Positions 46,811 to 59,423 of a stretch of 64,000 nt of DNA are shown here, one piece after another. The notes beneath the pieces were generated by a model. The model searched no databases, was not told the DNA's origin, and saw only the letters and a list, made by a program, of their open reading frames with translations. Origin of the DNA: Coriobacteriia bacterium (lineage in GTDB: Bacteria; Actinomycetota; Coriobacteriia; Anaerosomatales; Anaerosomataceae); NCBI GenBank assembly GCA_034399355.1, contig JAXMMT010000032.1, positions 3,593-67,592 on the forward strand. Reading direction: 5' to 3'. A program made the position numbers and the translations under genes. Position 1 is the first letter of the stretch, and each line of letters begins with the position of its first letter.

Positions 46811-48644
46811 TCTGTGGCCGCGAATCGAGCCGCTCCTCGCTGCGGTCGAGCGTCCCTCGCGCTATGTCGACCGCGAATGGGGGGCGCTGCACCTGGCGAA
46901 TCCTGACTATCGCGTCGCCCTCGTGTATCCCGACGCGTACGAGCTAGGTATGGCCAACCAGGCGCTTGGCATACTCTACGAGCGTCTTGCAGCGATTCCC
47001 GGCGTCGCTCCGGAGCGTGCGTTCGTGCCGTGGAAAGACATGGCCGCGCAGCTTCGAGATCACGGAGTGCCGCTATTCACCCTGGAGTCGTGTACGCCTC
47101 TGGCCGAGGTGGATCTTCTCGGCATCACACTGCCCTACGAGCTCACGTATTCAAACATCTTAGAGACGCTCGACTTGGGTGGTATACCACTACGTTCCGC
47201 GGACCGGTCCGAACGCGACCCGCTTGTGATAGGTGGCGGTCCGTGCGCGTTCAATCCCGAGCCGGTCGCGCCGTTTTTCGATGCGATCCTCATCGGCGAC
47301 GGTGAGGAGGCGGTTTCAGAGATCGTGGGGGCACACCGCGTGGCGAAGGCGGCAGGTGTTTCTCGGCAGGACACGCTTGCGGCGCTCGCACAGGTGCAGG
47401 GAGTGTACGTCCCGTCGTTCTATGACACGACGACGGGTGTCGCGGTCCCGTGTGACGGTGTGCCTGCGCGCATCACCAAGCGCGTGCTCGCCGATCTTGG
47501 CTCGGTGAGAGCGCCTGTCTGTCCCGTGGTACCGTTCATGGAGGTCGTCCACGACCGGGTGACCGTCGAGGTGCTGCGTGGCTGCTCGCGGGGGTGTCGG
47601 TTCTGTCAGGCGGGGATGGTCTATCGTCCCGTACGGGAGCGTACCGCTGACGTGGTCGTGCGGGATGTGCTGGCCGGGCTGCGTTGTACGGGGCACGAGG
47701 AGGTCTCTTTGACCTCGCTCTCCACGGCCGACCATTCCCAGCTCGAGGACGTCTTGCGCAGACTGTCCCGCCGTCTCGAGGGGTCGGGCGTGTCAATCTC
47801 GCTGCCCTCTCTTCGCGTGGATGCGTTCAGCGTCGAACTGGCGCGGCTTCTGAGCGGTGGACGCAAGGCCGGGCTCACGTTCGCACCCGAGGCGGGCACG
47901 CAGCGGTTACGCGACGTCATCAACAAGAATGTGACCGAGGACCAGTTGTTGGATACGGTGCGGCAAGCCTTCTCGGCAGGGTGGCACCGTATCAAACTCT
48001 ACTTCATGATCGGGCTGCCCACGGAGACGGACAAGGATGTGGCCGGGATCGGGACGCTCGTGAGGAAGGTTCTTGACACCGCACGGGAGTCGGTCGAGCC
48101 CTCGAAGCGCGGGGGGATTCGCATCGGCGTGTCGGTCTCGACGTTTGTGCCGAAGTCCCACACACCCTTCCAATGGGACGCCCAGGTCACGGTCGAGGAG
48201 GTGCGGAGGCGCCAGGACGTGTTGCGTGTCTCGATGCCGCGGCGCGGCATCGACCTCTCATGGCACGACCCGGAGGTCTCGTTCCTTGAGGGAGTGTTCG
48301 CCAGAGGAGGCCGTGAGCTCGCCGACGTGATCGAACACGCCTGGCGCGCCGGCGCGCGCTATGACGCTTGGACCGAGGAGTTCGAACTCGGCAGGTGGCG
48401 CGCCGCCCTGGATGCCTGCGGCGTGGACCCGCTGATGATCGCTTCACGCGAACGGGACATGGAGGAACGACTGCCGTGGAGCCATATCGATGCGGGACTA
48501 TCGACCGCCTACCTGCGCATCGAGAGCGAACGCGCGCGTGAAGGAATCACGACTCCTGACTGCACCTTCGAGGAGTGCACGGGCTGCGGTGTGTGTCCGA
48601 CTCTCGGTGTGGACGTGGTGCTGGGTGGTGAGCGGCGTGAGTGA
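46803..48644 (+). CDS. TIGR03960-type B12-binding-domain radical SAM protein
   Basis: Radical SAM cluster motif GCSRGCRFCQAG, 613 aa. Followed by its usual DUF2344 partner. Confidence 0.8.
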   Translation: MSDLWPRIEPLLAAVERPSRYVDREWGALHLANPDYRVALVYPDAYELGMANQALGILYERLAAIPGVAPERAFVPWKDMAAQLRDHGVPLFTLESCTPLAEVDLLGITLPYELTYSNILETLDLGGIPLRSADRSERDPLVIGGGPCAFNPEPVAPFFDAILIGDGEEAVSEIVGAHRVAKAAGVSRQDTLAALAQVQGVYVPSFYDTTTGVAVPCDGVPARITKRVLADLGSVRAPVCPVVPFMEVVHDRVTVEVLRGCSRGCRFCQAGMVYRPVRERTADVVVRDVLAGLRCTGHEEVSLTSLSTADHSQLEDVLRRLSRRLEGSGVSISLPSLRVDAFSVELARLLSGGRKAGLTFAPEAGTQRLRDVINKNVTEDQLLDTVRQAFSAGWHRIKLYFMIGLPTETDKDVAGIGTLVRKVLDTARESVEPSKRGGIRIGVSVSTFVPKSHTPFQWDAQVTVEEVRRRQDVLRVSMPRRGIDLSWHDPEVSFLEGVFARGGRELADVIEHAWRAGARYDAWTEEFELGRWRAALDACGVDPLMIASRERDMEERLPWSHIDAGLSTAYLRIESERAREGITTPDCTFEECTGCGVCPTLGVDVVLGGERRE

Positions 48645-49320
48645 AGGGTTGTTCAGGGTGCGGATCACCTATCCGAAGGCCGGGAGGCTACGATTCTTGT
48701 CTCACCGTGAGGTAACGACCGCGTGTGAACGCGCTGCACGTCGTGCTGGTTTACCGTATGCTGTGACACAGGGGTTCAACCCAAAGATGAAAGTCGCTTT
48801 CGGGCCGGCGTTGCCGGTGGGTACTGGCAGTACGTGCGAGCGGTTCGACCTGTGGTTGCGGGGATACGTTCCCGCAGACGAAGTACTTTCGCGGTTGCAG
48901 TCGGCGTCTCCACCGGACATCGCACCCTCGGAGGCGTGTTATGTGGGACTACGCGCGCCGTCGCTGACGGCGTCGTTGACGATAGCGATGTATGAGGTCG
49001 TGGTTGAAGGAGGTGGCTCCGCAGGGGACCTGCAAGGTTCTCTCGGCGCAGTGGTCGGGACCGGGGAACTGGTTGTTGAGCACAAGGGCAAGCAGAAGGT
49101 TTTCGAACTCACCAGTACGCTCCCGAAGGAGCCAGCGGTGAGGTCGATAGACGGGAAGACCGTCGTGGAAGTCACGACGCGAATGAGTGAGCGAGGCTCA
49201 CTCCGCCCGGAGGCCCTTGTCATGGCAGCGTTCGAACGGTCCGGGACCGGTGGTTCGGTTCTATCCGTGGTGCGCACGCTTCTGGCCGAGGAAGAAGAGG
49301 TCGTGCGCCAGCTGTTGTGA
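48637..49320 (+). CDS. TIGR03936/DUF2344 radical-SAM-associated protein
   Basis: FRVRITYPKAGRLRFLSHREV...GFNPKMKVAFGPALPVG. GTG 48637 overlaps the upstream stop. Confidence 0.75.
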   Translation: MSEGLFRVRITYPKAGRLRFLSHREVTTACERAARRAGLPYAVTQGFNPKMKVAFGPALPVGTGSTCERFDLWLRGYVPADEVLSRLQSASPPDIAPSEACYVGLRAPSLTASLTIAMYEVVVEGGGSAGDLQGSLGAVVGTGELVVEHKGKQKVFELTSTLPKEPAVRSIDGKTVVEVTTRMSERGSLRPEALVMAAFERSGTGGSVLSVVRTLLAEEEEVVRQLL

Positions 49321-50825
49321 TGGTGGTCGGTGCACAGATGGGCGACATAGCACGCGAGATATTGATCTCGCATGACTCGCACGAGACCCGTGTCGCGTTC
49401 ATTGAAGATCGTCAGCTGGTCGAGCTGTATGTAGAGCGACCGAAGAAGAGCGTGGTCGGCAACGTGTATCTCGGCAAGGTGCGTGACGTGCTGCCGGGAA
49501 TGCAGGCCGCATTCATCGACATCGGACTCGAGAAGAATGCGTTCCTCTACGTCGACGAGGTCGTCGATCCCGAAGACATGAAGGACATTCCGAGGCGGGA
49601 CATCCAGCAGCTGCTCCGTCCGGGGCAGCAGATCATGGTGCAGGTCCTGAAGGACCCGATGGGCACAAAGGGCGCTCGTGTCACCACTGAGGTGACGCTG
49701 CCCGGTCGTTTCATCGTGCTGATGCCGTTCTCGCCTTTCGTCGGGGTTTCGCGCAAGTTGCCCGACGACGAGCGGGACAGGCTTCACGACATCATCGCCC
49801 CGTTCGTGCCGGAGGGTCTCGGCGTCATCGTGCGTACGGCTGCGTCGGGCTCAAGTGAGAAGGAACTCGAGAGTGATATCGAGTTCTTGCTGCGACTCTG
49901 GAAACGGGTGCAGCACCAGTCACGGGGTGGGCTTGCGCCCGAGGTCGTCTACACCGAGATGGATCTGGCGCTGCGCATGGTCCGTGACGCCTTCTCGGAG
50001 AACTACCGCACGCTTATCGTCGATGACAAGCGTGTATTCGAGAAGGTGGTCTCGTTCCTCAAGAAGACCTCTCCCAAGCTGGTCAAGCGTGTCTCGCTCC
50101 ACAAAGATCGGCTGCCGATCTTCGATGAGTACGGTCTTTACCCGCAGATCGAACGGGCCATGAAGCGCGAGGTGCCTCTTTCGAGCGGTGGCTACATCGT
50201 GATCGACAAGACCGAGGCGCTCACAGCGATCGATGTGAACACAGGCCGCTTTGTTGGCAAGAAGAATCTTGAGGACACGATCCTGCGCACCAATCTCGAG
50301 GCGGCCGACGAGGCCGTACGTCAAGTGCGGCTGCGCGACATCGGCGGAATCATCGTCATCGACTTCATCGACATGGAGGAGGCGAAGCATCGCGATGAGG
50401 TCTTCGCCCGCCTCAACAAGTCCCTCGAGCGTGATCGCACCAAGACGCGCGCGATGGAGATCTCGCGTCTCGGTCTTGTCGAGATGACGCGCAAGAACGT
50501 GACCGATGGGCTCTATGGCGTGTTCACGGAGCCCTGCCCGTGCTGCAACGGAGAAGGGAGGGTCTTCTCGGACACCACCCGCCGCATCGCCGTCGAGCGG
50601 CGGATGCGCGAGATCCTGGTGAGCGGGAAGTCCTCGGCGTACCTGTTCGGCGTGGATCCCGACACATACGCGCTCGTCACGGCGGCCGGGAACAACTCGA
50701 CCGCCATGTTGCGCGCCGAGACGGGGAAGCATGTGTCAGTGGTGGCGGTGCCCGAGTGCGAGCCGACCGAGGTCAAAGTGCTGATCGAAGGGCGCGTCGG
50801 CTCCGCCGATACCATCGAGACCTGA
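49317..50825 (+). CDS. Rne/Rng family ribonuclease (RNase G/E catalytic domain)
   Basis: S1 domain (GNVYLGKVRDVLPGMQAAFIDIG), DNase I-like and Zn-link (CPCCNGEG) regions. Confidence 0.85.
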   Translation: MMVVGAQMGDIAREILISHDSHETRVAFIEDRQLVELYVERPKKSVVGNVYLGKVRDVLPGMQAAFIDIGLEKNAFLYVDEVVDPEDMKDIPRRDIQQLLRPGQQIMVQVLKDPMGTKGARVTTEVTLPGRFIVLMPFSPFVGVSRKLPDDERDRLHDIIAPFVPEGLGVIVRTAASGSSEKELESDIEFLLRLWKRVQHQSRGGLAPEVVYTEMDLALRMVRDAFSENYRTLIVDDKRVFEKVVSFLKKTSPKLVKRVSLHKDRLPIFDEYGLYPQIERAMKREVPLSSGGYIVIDKTEALTAIDVNTGRFVGKKNLEDTILRTNLEAADEAVRQVRLRDIGGIIVIDFIDMEEAKHRDEVFARLNKSLERDRTKTRAMEISRLGLVEMTRKNVTDGLYGVFTEPCPCCNGEGRVFSDTTRRIAVERRMREILVSGKSSAYLFGVDPDTYALVTAAGNNSTAMLRAETGKHVSVVAVPECEPTEVKVLIEGRVGSADTIET

Positions 50826-50858
50826 GTGAAGGAGAGCATGGCGACGCCCGGCGGCGTG

Positions 50859-50887
50859 TTGACGCTGGTAGGGGCCTGTGCTAGCAT
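50859..50887 (+). promoter_or_regulatory. candidate promoter of rplU-rpmA
   Basis: TTGACG (50859-50864), 17-bp spacer, TAGCAT (50882-50887). Lies 39 bp before ATG 50926. Confidence 0.5.
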
Positions 50888-50925
50888 TCTGCCTCGCGTG
50901 AATTCCCGAGACTGGAGCGATATTG

Positions 50926-51453
50926 ATGTATGCAGTCGTAGCAACCGGCGGCAAGCAGCTGAAGGTCGAAAAAGACGACCTGGCCGTCATCGAGAAGCTC
51001 GACGTCGCCGTCGGCGATACTGTTGAGCTGCCCGTTCTCCTGTTCTCCGACGGCGAGAGACTCGTTGTGGATCCCGCCGCTCTGACTGGCGCGAGCGTGA
51101 CGGCTACGGTCGTCGAGCACAAGCAGGGCGAGAAGAAGATGGTCTTCAAGTTCAAGAAACGCAAGGGTTACAAGCGCACGAAGGGTCACCGCCAGTGGCT
51201 GACCGTCGTCCAGATCGGTGAGATCTCGACGGGTGGCAAGAAGAAGGCGGCTCCGGCAAAGGCCGAGAAGAAGGCGACTCCGAAGGTGGAGCCCAAGGTC
51301 AAGGCTGTTACGGAGAAGGCTCCGACCGTGGTCGAGGCCGCTGTTGAGTCGCATCAGTGTGCTGCCGTCAAGGCGGATGGCACCCAATGCGCCAACAAGG
51401 CCAAGGAAAGCTCGCAGTATTGCGGCGTGCACGCGAAGAAGTACGAGGGCTAG
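50926..51453 (+). CDS. rplU: 50S ribosomal protein L21 with Lys-rich linker and Cys3His C-terminal extension
   Basis: [14 protein letters not shown]...[13 protein letters not shown]21 core of about 100 aa, followed by about 75 extra residues ending [25 protein letters not shown]. Confidence 0.9.
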   Translation: MYAVVATGGKQLKVEKDDLAVIEKLDVAVGDTVELPVLLFSDGERLVVDPAALTGASVTATVVEHKQGEKKMVFKFKKRKGYKRTKGHRQWLTVVQIGEISTGGKKKAAPAKAEKKATPKVEPKVKAVTEKAPTVVEAAVESHQCAAVKADGTQCANKAKESSQYCGVHAKKYEG

Positions 51454-51512
51454 ACGGGACTGCTCCTCCCGGGGAGCGATGGCACCGTCTGCGGAACGAA
51501 GGTGAACGAGAG

Positions 51513-51767
51513 ATGGCACACAAGAAGGGCCTTGGCTCTACCAGGAACGGCCGCGATTCCAAGGCGAAGCGCCTCGGCGTCAAGCGGTTCGCCGGCCAGA
51601 CCGTGACCGCGGGCTCGATTCTCGTGCGTCAGCGCGGCACACGGTTGAAGCCCGGTGTGAACGTCGGTATTGGCAAGGACGACACGCTGTTCGCCAAGAT
51701 CGCTGGCGTCGTCGACTTCACGCGCGGCAAAGATCGTCGCGTGCATGTTCGACCGCTCGAGGGCTAG
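51513..51767 (+). CDS. rpmA: 50S ribosomal protein L27
   Basis: [24 protein letters not shown]...; 84 aa. Internal ATG of the 136-aa track ORF. Confidence 0.95.
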   Translation: MAHKKGLGSTRNGRDSKAKRLGVKRFAGQTVTAGSILVRQRGTRLKPGVNVGIGKDDTLFAKIAGVVDFTRGKDRRVHVRPLEG

Positions 51768-54294
<2,527 letters not shown>

Positions 54295-54320
54295 GCTGAG
54301 ACCGGACGAAGGGACTGTAG

Positions 54321-55574
54321 ATGTCCGAAGTGGTGACGCTTGCGACCCGCGCGCGGGAGGCAGCGAATTCGCTTGCCACGACCTCGACCGACCAGCGCAA
54401 CGGCGCGCTGCTGTCGATGTCGCATGCGCTTGTGGCGAAGCAGGACGAGATCCTCTCGGCGAATGCGCTCGACATGGAGGCCGCACGCGCCAAGGGCACG
54501 CCCGTGCCGCTCCTCGACCGTCTGGAGCTCACTTCCGCCCGCATCAAGGCCATCTCCGAGGCGCTCAAGAGTCTCGCGCTACTGCCCGACCCGATCGGTG
54601 AGGTCGTCTCGGGGTCTCGTCTTACGAATGGCATCTGGCTGCAGCAGGTTCGCGTGCCGATGGGCGTTGTCGCGATAATCTATGAGGCGCGCCCGAACGT
54701 CACGGCCGACGCCGCCGGACTGTGTGTGAAGACGGGCAACGCCGTGATCTTGCGTGGAGGCTCGATGGCCACGAACTCCAACCTCGCCATCACACAAGTG
54801 TTGGCCGATGCCGCCGATGCTGCAGGACTGCATCCGGCGTGCATCCAGTCGGTCGAATCGCCGGATCGTGAGGCTGCCGAAGAGCTCATGGGGCTGCACG
54901 GCATGATCGACGTGCTTATCCCCCGCGGCGGCGCCGGGCTCATCAAGAGCGTGGTGGAGAACGCCAAGGTCCCAGTCATCGAGACGGGTGTCGGGAACTG
55001 CCACGTCTACATCCACGAGAAGGCCGACCCTGCGATGGCCAAGCGCATAGTCGTGAACGCCAAATGCCAGCGCCCCGGCGTCTGCAACGCGATCGAATCG
55101 TTGTTGGTAGACGAAAGCGTATACGAGCACGTGCTGCCGCCGATTCTCAAGGCGCTCGAGGACGAAGGCGTGACCATTATTGCTGACGAGAAGACCCGTG
55201 CACTCGGGGCCGTCATGCACGTCCAGCCGGCGAAAGAGGAGGACTGGGGCACCGAGTACCTCGACCTCAGAATCTCCTGCAAGGTCGTAAGCGGACTGGA
55301 TGAAGCGATCAGCCACATCAACACCTACGGCACGAAACACAGCGAGGCCATCGTGACCGAAGACTACTCGGCTGCGACACGCTTCCTGAATGAAGTGGAT
55401 GCAGCAGTCGTGTACGTGAACGCCTCGACGCGCTTCACTGATGGTGGCGAGTTCGGCCTCGGCGCCGAGATCGGCATCTCCACCCAGAAGCTACACGCGC
55501 GCGGCCCGATGGGGCTCACCGCGCTCACTACAACGAAGTTCATCGCGATGGGGAGCGGTCAGATACGCGAGTGA
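54321..55574 (+). CDS. proA: glutamate-5-semialdehyde dehydrogenase
   Basis: ILRGGS, catalytic-region CNAIESLLV and NASTRFTDG motifs. Confidence 0.9.
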   Translation: MSEVVTLATRAREAANSLATTSTDQRNGALLSMSHALVAKQDEILSANALDMEAARAKGTPVPLLDRLELTSARIKAISEALKSLALLPDPIGEVVSGSRLTNGIWLQQVRVPMGVVAIIYEARPNVTADAAGLCVKTGNAVILRGGSMATNSNLAITQVLADAADAAGLHPACIQSVESPDREAAEELMGLHGMIDVLIPRGGAGLIKSVVENAKVPVIETGVGNCHVYIHEKADPAMAKRIVVNAKCQRPGVCNAIESLLVDESVYEHVLPPILKALEDEGVTIIADEKTRALGAVMHVQPAKEEDWGTEYLDLRISCKVVSGLDEAISHINTYGTKHSEAIVTEDYSAATRFLNEVDAAVVYVNASTRFTDGGEFGLGAEIGISTQKLHARGPMGLTALTTTKFIAMGSGQIRE

Positions 55575-56185
55575 GAAAGAAACTGCGTCTCGGCATAATG
55601 GGCGGGACGTTCGACCCGATCCACTACGGTCACCTCGTCGCCGCCGAGGAAGCGCTGGTTCAGTTCAACCTGGACCGCGTTGTCTTCATGCCTACCGGCG
55701 TACCGGTCCGTAAGACGCACCGGTCGGTCACCGCTGCTGAACACCGCTACTTGATGACGGTCGTCGCCACTGCGAGTAACCCGGACTTCGAAGTCTCACG
55801 CATGGAGGTCGATCGCCCGGGGTTGACCTACACTGTGGACACCGTACTCGCGCTGCGTGCAGAGTATGGTCACTCGGCCGAGCTATACTTCATCACCGGC
55901 GCGGACGCCATATGGGAGATCCTCACATGGAAGGACTCGGAACGCCTCACCGATGTGTGCACGTTCATCGCTGCGACGCGGCCGGGCTACGACCTCTCGC
56001 GTTTCGAGCAAGCCGAAGTCGCCAAGCACATCAACATGGAGTTCATGGAAGTGCCTGCGCTCGCTATCTCGTCCACGGATATTCGCGAGCGGATCGCCAG
56101 TCGACGTCCGGTACGCTACCTCCTGCCGGAGGCTGTCGCGACCTACATCGCGAAGAACGATCTCTATGGGGACGTGAGGTCGTGA
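55571..56185 (+). CDS. nadD: nicotinate-nucleotide adenylyltransferase
   Basis: GIMGGTFDPIHYGHL (HxGH) and ISSTDIRE motifs. Confidence 0.9.
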   Translation: MRKKLRLGIMGGTFDPIHYGHLVAAEEALVQFNLDRVVFMPTGVPVRKTHRSVTAAEHRYLMTVVATASNPDFEVSRMEVDRPGLTYTVDTVLALRAEYGHSAELYFITGADAIWEILTWKDSERLTDVCTFIAATRPGYDLSRFEQAEVAKHINMEFMEVPALAISSTDIRERIASRRPVRYLLPEAVATYIAKNDLYGDVRS

Positions 56186-56762
56186 TGGCGAGCCGGTATA
56201 AGAGCGCTGTGGAAGCGGTGTCTGTGCGGCTCGAGCAGGGGAGCGTGCAACACTCCCTGCGTGTCGCTGATACCGCCGGGTGGTTAGCAGGACTCTACGG
56301 TGATGCTGTTGAGGACGCCCGGATCGCCGGGGCATTGCACGACTGGTGCAGAGATGTACCCGGCCCGAGCTGGTGCGTCTTGCCGGCGAAGTGGGTGTGC
56401 CTGTCACTGCCGTGGACTGCGAGGTCCCGTACCTGCTGCACGGTCCGGTTGCGGCCGCTTTGCTGGCCGCGGAGTTCCCGTGGCTCTCGCAAGAGGTGCT
56501 CGATGCCGTGGCGGCGCACACGTGTGGGGCGGCTCGTATCGATGCGCTCGGGATGATCGTCTACATCGCCGATACCATCGAATCGGGTCGAACGCACGAC
56601 GGAGTCGACGAGCTGCGCCGGGCGGCCGGCGAGGTGTCACTTGATGAGCTGTTCCTGCGGACGTACGCGGCCTCTCTGAAGCACCTGGTCGAGGGTCGGC
56701 GACTGATTCATCCGACGACCGTGGAGACCTGGAACGCGCTTGTAGCAGGTGAACGCCTATGA
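56185..56762 (+). pseudogene. yqeK: HD-domain phosphohydrolase YqeK, apparently disrupted by a 1-nt frameshift near 56350-56364
   Basis: The N-terminal part (MASRYK...HSLRVADTA...GALHDWCRD) is in the frame of ORF 55912..56556. The C-terminal part (RPELVRLAGEVG...YIADTIESGR...) is in the frame of ORF 56346..56762. The join lies at CCCGGCCCG. Confidence 0.6.
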
Positions 56763-57952
56763 GTAGGCGAACCAGAGATCGGAGCGTCTCCGAAGAGCCC
56801 AAGACCGTGGCCGGAAACTCGGCTGACTATCCGCGGCGCCGCACCTCTACCGAGAGCTCGGATACTACCGCCGGGTACCGGATCTCGAAGCGTTCCTCCC
56901 GTTCGGGGAAGAAAGCGCGACGTGCTGCCCGCACCGAGCAACGCAGGGTCGAAGTCAGGGAGAAGGCGAGCAGAACCAGTCGGAGTCTTGCGGTGGTGGT
57001 CAAGCGTTCGGGCATCGTGCTCGCCGCAACAGTAGCGGTTCTGCTGGCGCTCGTGTTGATCGCTACAGGGATCAATAGCCTCGCTCGTTACATCGCCAAG
57101 CGGCAGGCGGTCGCTGAGAGCTCGCCGGAGGCATTGCGCGAGAAGGCGAAGGAAAACCTGCTGATTATCGGTGTCAACGGCAAGCAAGGCGCGGACTTCC
57201 TGGCCGTGCGCCTCGATGAGAAAGGCGGCCAGATCTTCGGCATCGCCATCCCGGACGGAGCCTTCATGGAGGTACCGGGTCAAGGGTTTGAGCGGATTGG
57301 CGACAGTTACGGCGCCGGTCCCGAGGTGTCCCTTGCCGCGATTTCCAACTACCTGTCGGTGCCGTTCGAGAAGTACATCGTTGTGGACAAAGACACGTAC
57401 CAGGAGGCGCTCACCAGTCAATCGCTCGCCGGCGTCATGGAGCGAGTCGTGGCGACCGACCTCGAGAACGCTGAGCGGGAGAGCATTGCGTCGTTCATGG
57501 GGGACGTTTCCAGCGAGAACGTGGCGCTGGTGCCCTTGCCGGTCAAACCCATCAGTCTCGGCGACCAGACCTTCTTCGAACCACAGCGGCAGGAAGTGGC
57601 CGAGCTCCTGCTCTCTTGGTGGGGTATCAAGCTCGGTGCTGAGGAGAACGTCGTGCGCGTGATCGTCTACAACGGCGCCGGCATTCCCGGAATCGCCGGT
57701 GAGGCCGCACAGGAGCTGATCAGAAACGGCATGCGCGTGGTCGACACGAAGAACGCCGACCGTTTCGACTATGATGAGTCGCTCATCGTCGTGCAGGACG
57801 GCGTGCTGGAGAACGGGCAGCGCGTCAGAGATGTTCTTGGCGTTGGAACGATCGTCGACCAGCCATCTGATCAAGACGTGGCAGATGTCATCGTCATCAT
57901 TGGAGCAGACTATGTACCGTCCTTGGTGGACGGTACGCCGACTGGAGGGTGA
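56759..57952 (+). CDS. LytR/CpsA/Psr-like protein with LytR_C domain
   Basis: Basic N-terminal tail and TM helix. LCP-like core (LLIIGVNG...FLAVRLD...IAIPDGAFMEVPG) and C-terminal LytR_C (VRVIVYNGAGIPGIAGEAA). Confidence 0.65.
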   Translation: MSRRTRDRSVSEEPKTVAGNSADYPRRRTSTESSDTTAGYRISKRSSRSGKKARRAARTEQRRVEVREKASRTSRSLAVVVKRSGIVLAATVAVLLALVLIATGINSLARYIAKRQAVAESSPEALREKAKENLLIIGVNGKQGADFLAVRLDEKGGQIFGIAIPDGAFMEVPGQGFERIGDSYGAGPEVSLAAISNYLSVPFEKYIVVDKDTYQEALTSQSLAGVMERVVATDLENAERESIASFMGDVSSENVALVPLPVKPISLGDQTFFEPQRQEVAELLLSWWGIKLGAEENVVRVIVYNGAGIPGIAGEAAQELIRNGMRVVDTKNADRFDYDESLIVVQDGVLENGQRVRDVLGVGTIVDQPSDQDVADVIVIIGADYVPSLVDGTPTGG

Positions 57953-58320
57953 GCGCGCTGGATCCCAAAGAGTACGCGGTGCTGGCGGCGGAGGCCGCGG
58001 CCGAGAAGAAAGCGACCAACGTCGTTGTCCTGGACGTGGCGTCAACACTTGTCATCACCGAGTACTTCGTGCTCGCAAGCGGCAACAATGATCGACAGGT
58101 CCGCATGATCGCCGAGGAGATCGAGGCGAAACTGAAGGCCGCTGGCCGTCCGGCCATCGGGCGTGAGGGCGAGCGTGAGGGGAAGTGGGTCCTTATCGAC
58201 TTCGCCGACGTTGTCGCGCACGTGTTCCAGCCGGAGGAGCGGGAGTTCTACCGTCTCGAGAAGTTATGGTCTGACGCTCCGCAGGTCGAACTCCCTGCGG
58301 AAATCGCAAACAAGTCGTGA
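57949..58320 (+). CDS. rsfS: ribosome silencing factor RsfS
   Basis: KKATNVVVLDV...ITEYFVLASGNNDRQV...WVLIDFADVVAHVFQPEEREFYRLEKLW. Confidence 0.85.
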   Translation: MSALDPKEYAVLAAEAAAEKKATNVVVLDVASTLVITEYFVLASGNNDRQVRMIAEEIEAKLKAAGRPAIGREGEREGKWVLIDFADVVAHVFQPEEREFYRLEKLWSDAPQVELPAEIANKS

Positions 58321-59252
58321 CGTTGGCGGCCAAGCGCATGTGGGTAACGCTCGCCCTCGTGAGCGTTGCGGCGGTCTGGGGCGGTACGTTCGTGATGGTG
58401 AAAGACGCCGTCTCTCGCTACCCGATCTACGGGTTCCTCGGTCTACGATTCGCTATCGCCGTGGCGGCCTTCATCATCATGTTCCCGGTGTCGCTCAAAC
58501 TGTTCAGGCCGGGGACCGTTCGCGTGGGCGTCCTTGCGGGCCTGATGCTCTGTGTAGGCTACATCTTCCAGACCTGGGGTCTACAGGCTACCTCTGCGTC
58601 CAAGGCCGCCTTCATCACCGGGATGTTCGTCGTGATCACACCGGCGCTGCAGGCGCTTTTGCTGCGCAGGCCTCCGCGTACTGCGACGATTGCCGGCGTG
58701 GTGCTGGCGGTCGTCGGCCTGTGGTTGCTGTCCGGTGGCGGAGCAGGTGGGTGGAACGTTGGTGATACCCGAACGCTGCTGTGCGCGACTGCGTACTCGG
58801 CGCATATGATCGTGCTGGGTGGAGCTGGACGCGAGCACGACTCGAGGTCGCTCACGCTTGTGCAGCTAGCTACGGTCGCCGTCGTGTGTGGTGGGATCGC
58901 GATTGTCGTCGAGCGATCCCCATTGCCGCCTGATGCGGGGGTATGGGTGGCGCTGCTCGTTACGGGCGTGTTCGCCTCGGCGGTGGCCTTTGCGGTGCAG
59001 ACCTACGCGCAACGTATCATCTCGCCAACCAAGACAGCGCTCATCCTCATAATGGAACCCGTGTTCGGCGGCGTGTTCGGCTGGTTAGCCGGAGAAACAC
59101 TCGGGCTGAGCGGTGTCGCCGGCGCTGCCCTCATCCTTGGCGGGATGGTGGTCGCCGAGCTCGTGGGAGCGTCCGCACCGGCCGAGGAACACGTCGTGAT
59201 ACAGACCACACTCGAGGGTCCGGCGGTGCCGATAATCGAGGAGGAGATGTAG
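58317..59252 (+). CDS. DMT superfamily (EamA) transporter
   Basis: 10 predicted TM helices with two EamA-like halves. Confidence 0.8.
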   Translation: MTLAAKRMWVTLALVSVAAVWGGTFVMVKDAVSRYPIYGFLGLRFAIAVAAFIIMFPVSLKLFRPGTVRVGVLAGLMLCVGYIFQTWGLQATSASKAAFITGMFVVITPALQALLLRRPPRTATIAGVVLAVVGLWLLSGGGAGGWNVGDTRTLLCATAYSAHMIVLGGAGREHDSRSLTLVQLATVAVVCGGIAIVVERSPLPPDAGVWVALLVTGVFASAVAFAVQTYAQRIISPTKTALILIMEPVFGGVFGWLAGETLGLSGVAGAALILGGMVVAELVGASAPAEEHVVIQTTLEGPAVPIIEEEM

Positions 59253-59265
59253 CGTCCGGTCGTGC

Positions 59266-59293
59266 TTGACCGTCGCAGGACGCCTGGTATACT
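59266..59293 (+). promoter_or_regulatory. candidate promoter of tRNA-Ala
   Basis: TTGACC (59266-59271), 16-bp spacer, TATACT (59288-59293). Lies about 34 bp before the tRNA 5' end. Confidence 0.55.
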
Positions 59294-59326
59294 GACGCTT
59301 GCGCCTTTCGGGCGCCCAGTACTTGT

Positions 59327-59402
59327 GGGGCCATAGCTCAGCTGGGAGAGCGCATGGCTGGCAGCCATGAGGTCAGGGGTTCGATCCCCCTTGGCTCCAC
59401 CA
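59327..59402 (+). tRNA. tRNA-Ala (anticodon GGC)
   Basis: 76 nt. Acceptor GGGGCCA/TGGCTCC with the G3:U70 Ala identity pair, anticodon stem CATGG/CCATG with loop CTGGCAG, T-arm AGGGG-TTCGATC-CCCCT, encoded CCA. Confidence 0.9.
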
Positions 59403-59423
59403 AAAGACTGTTAACTGAACCCT

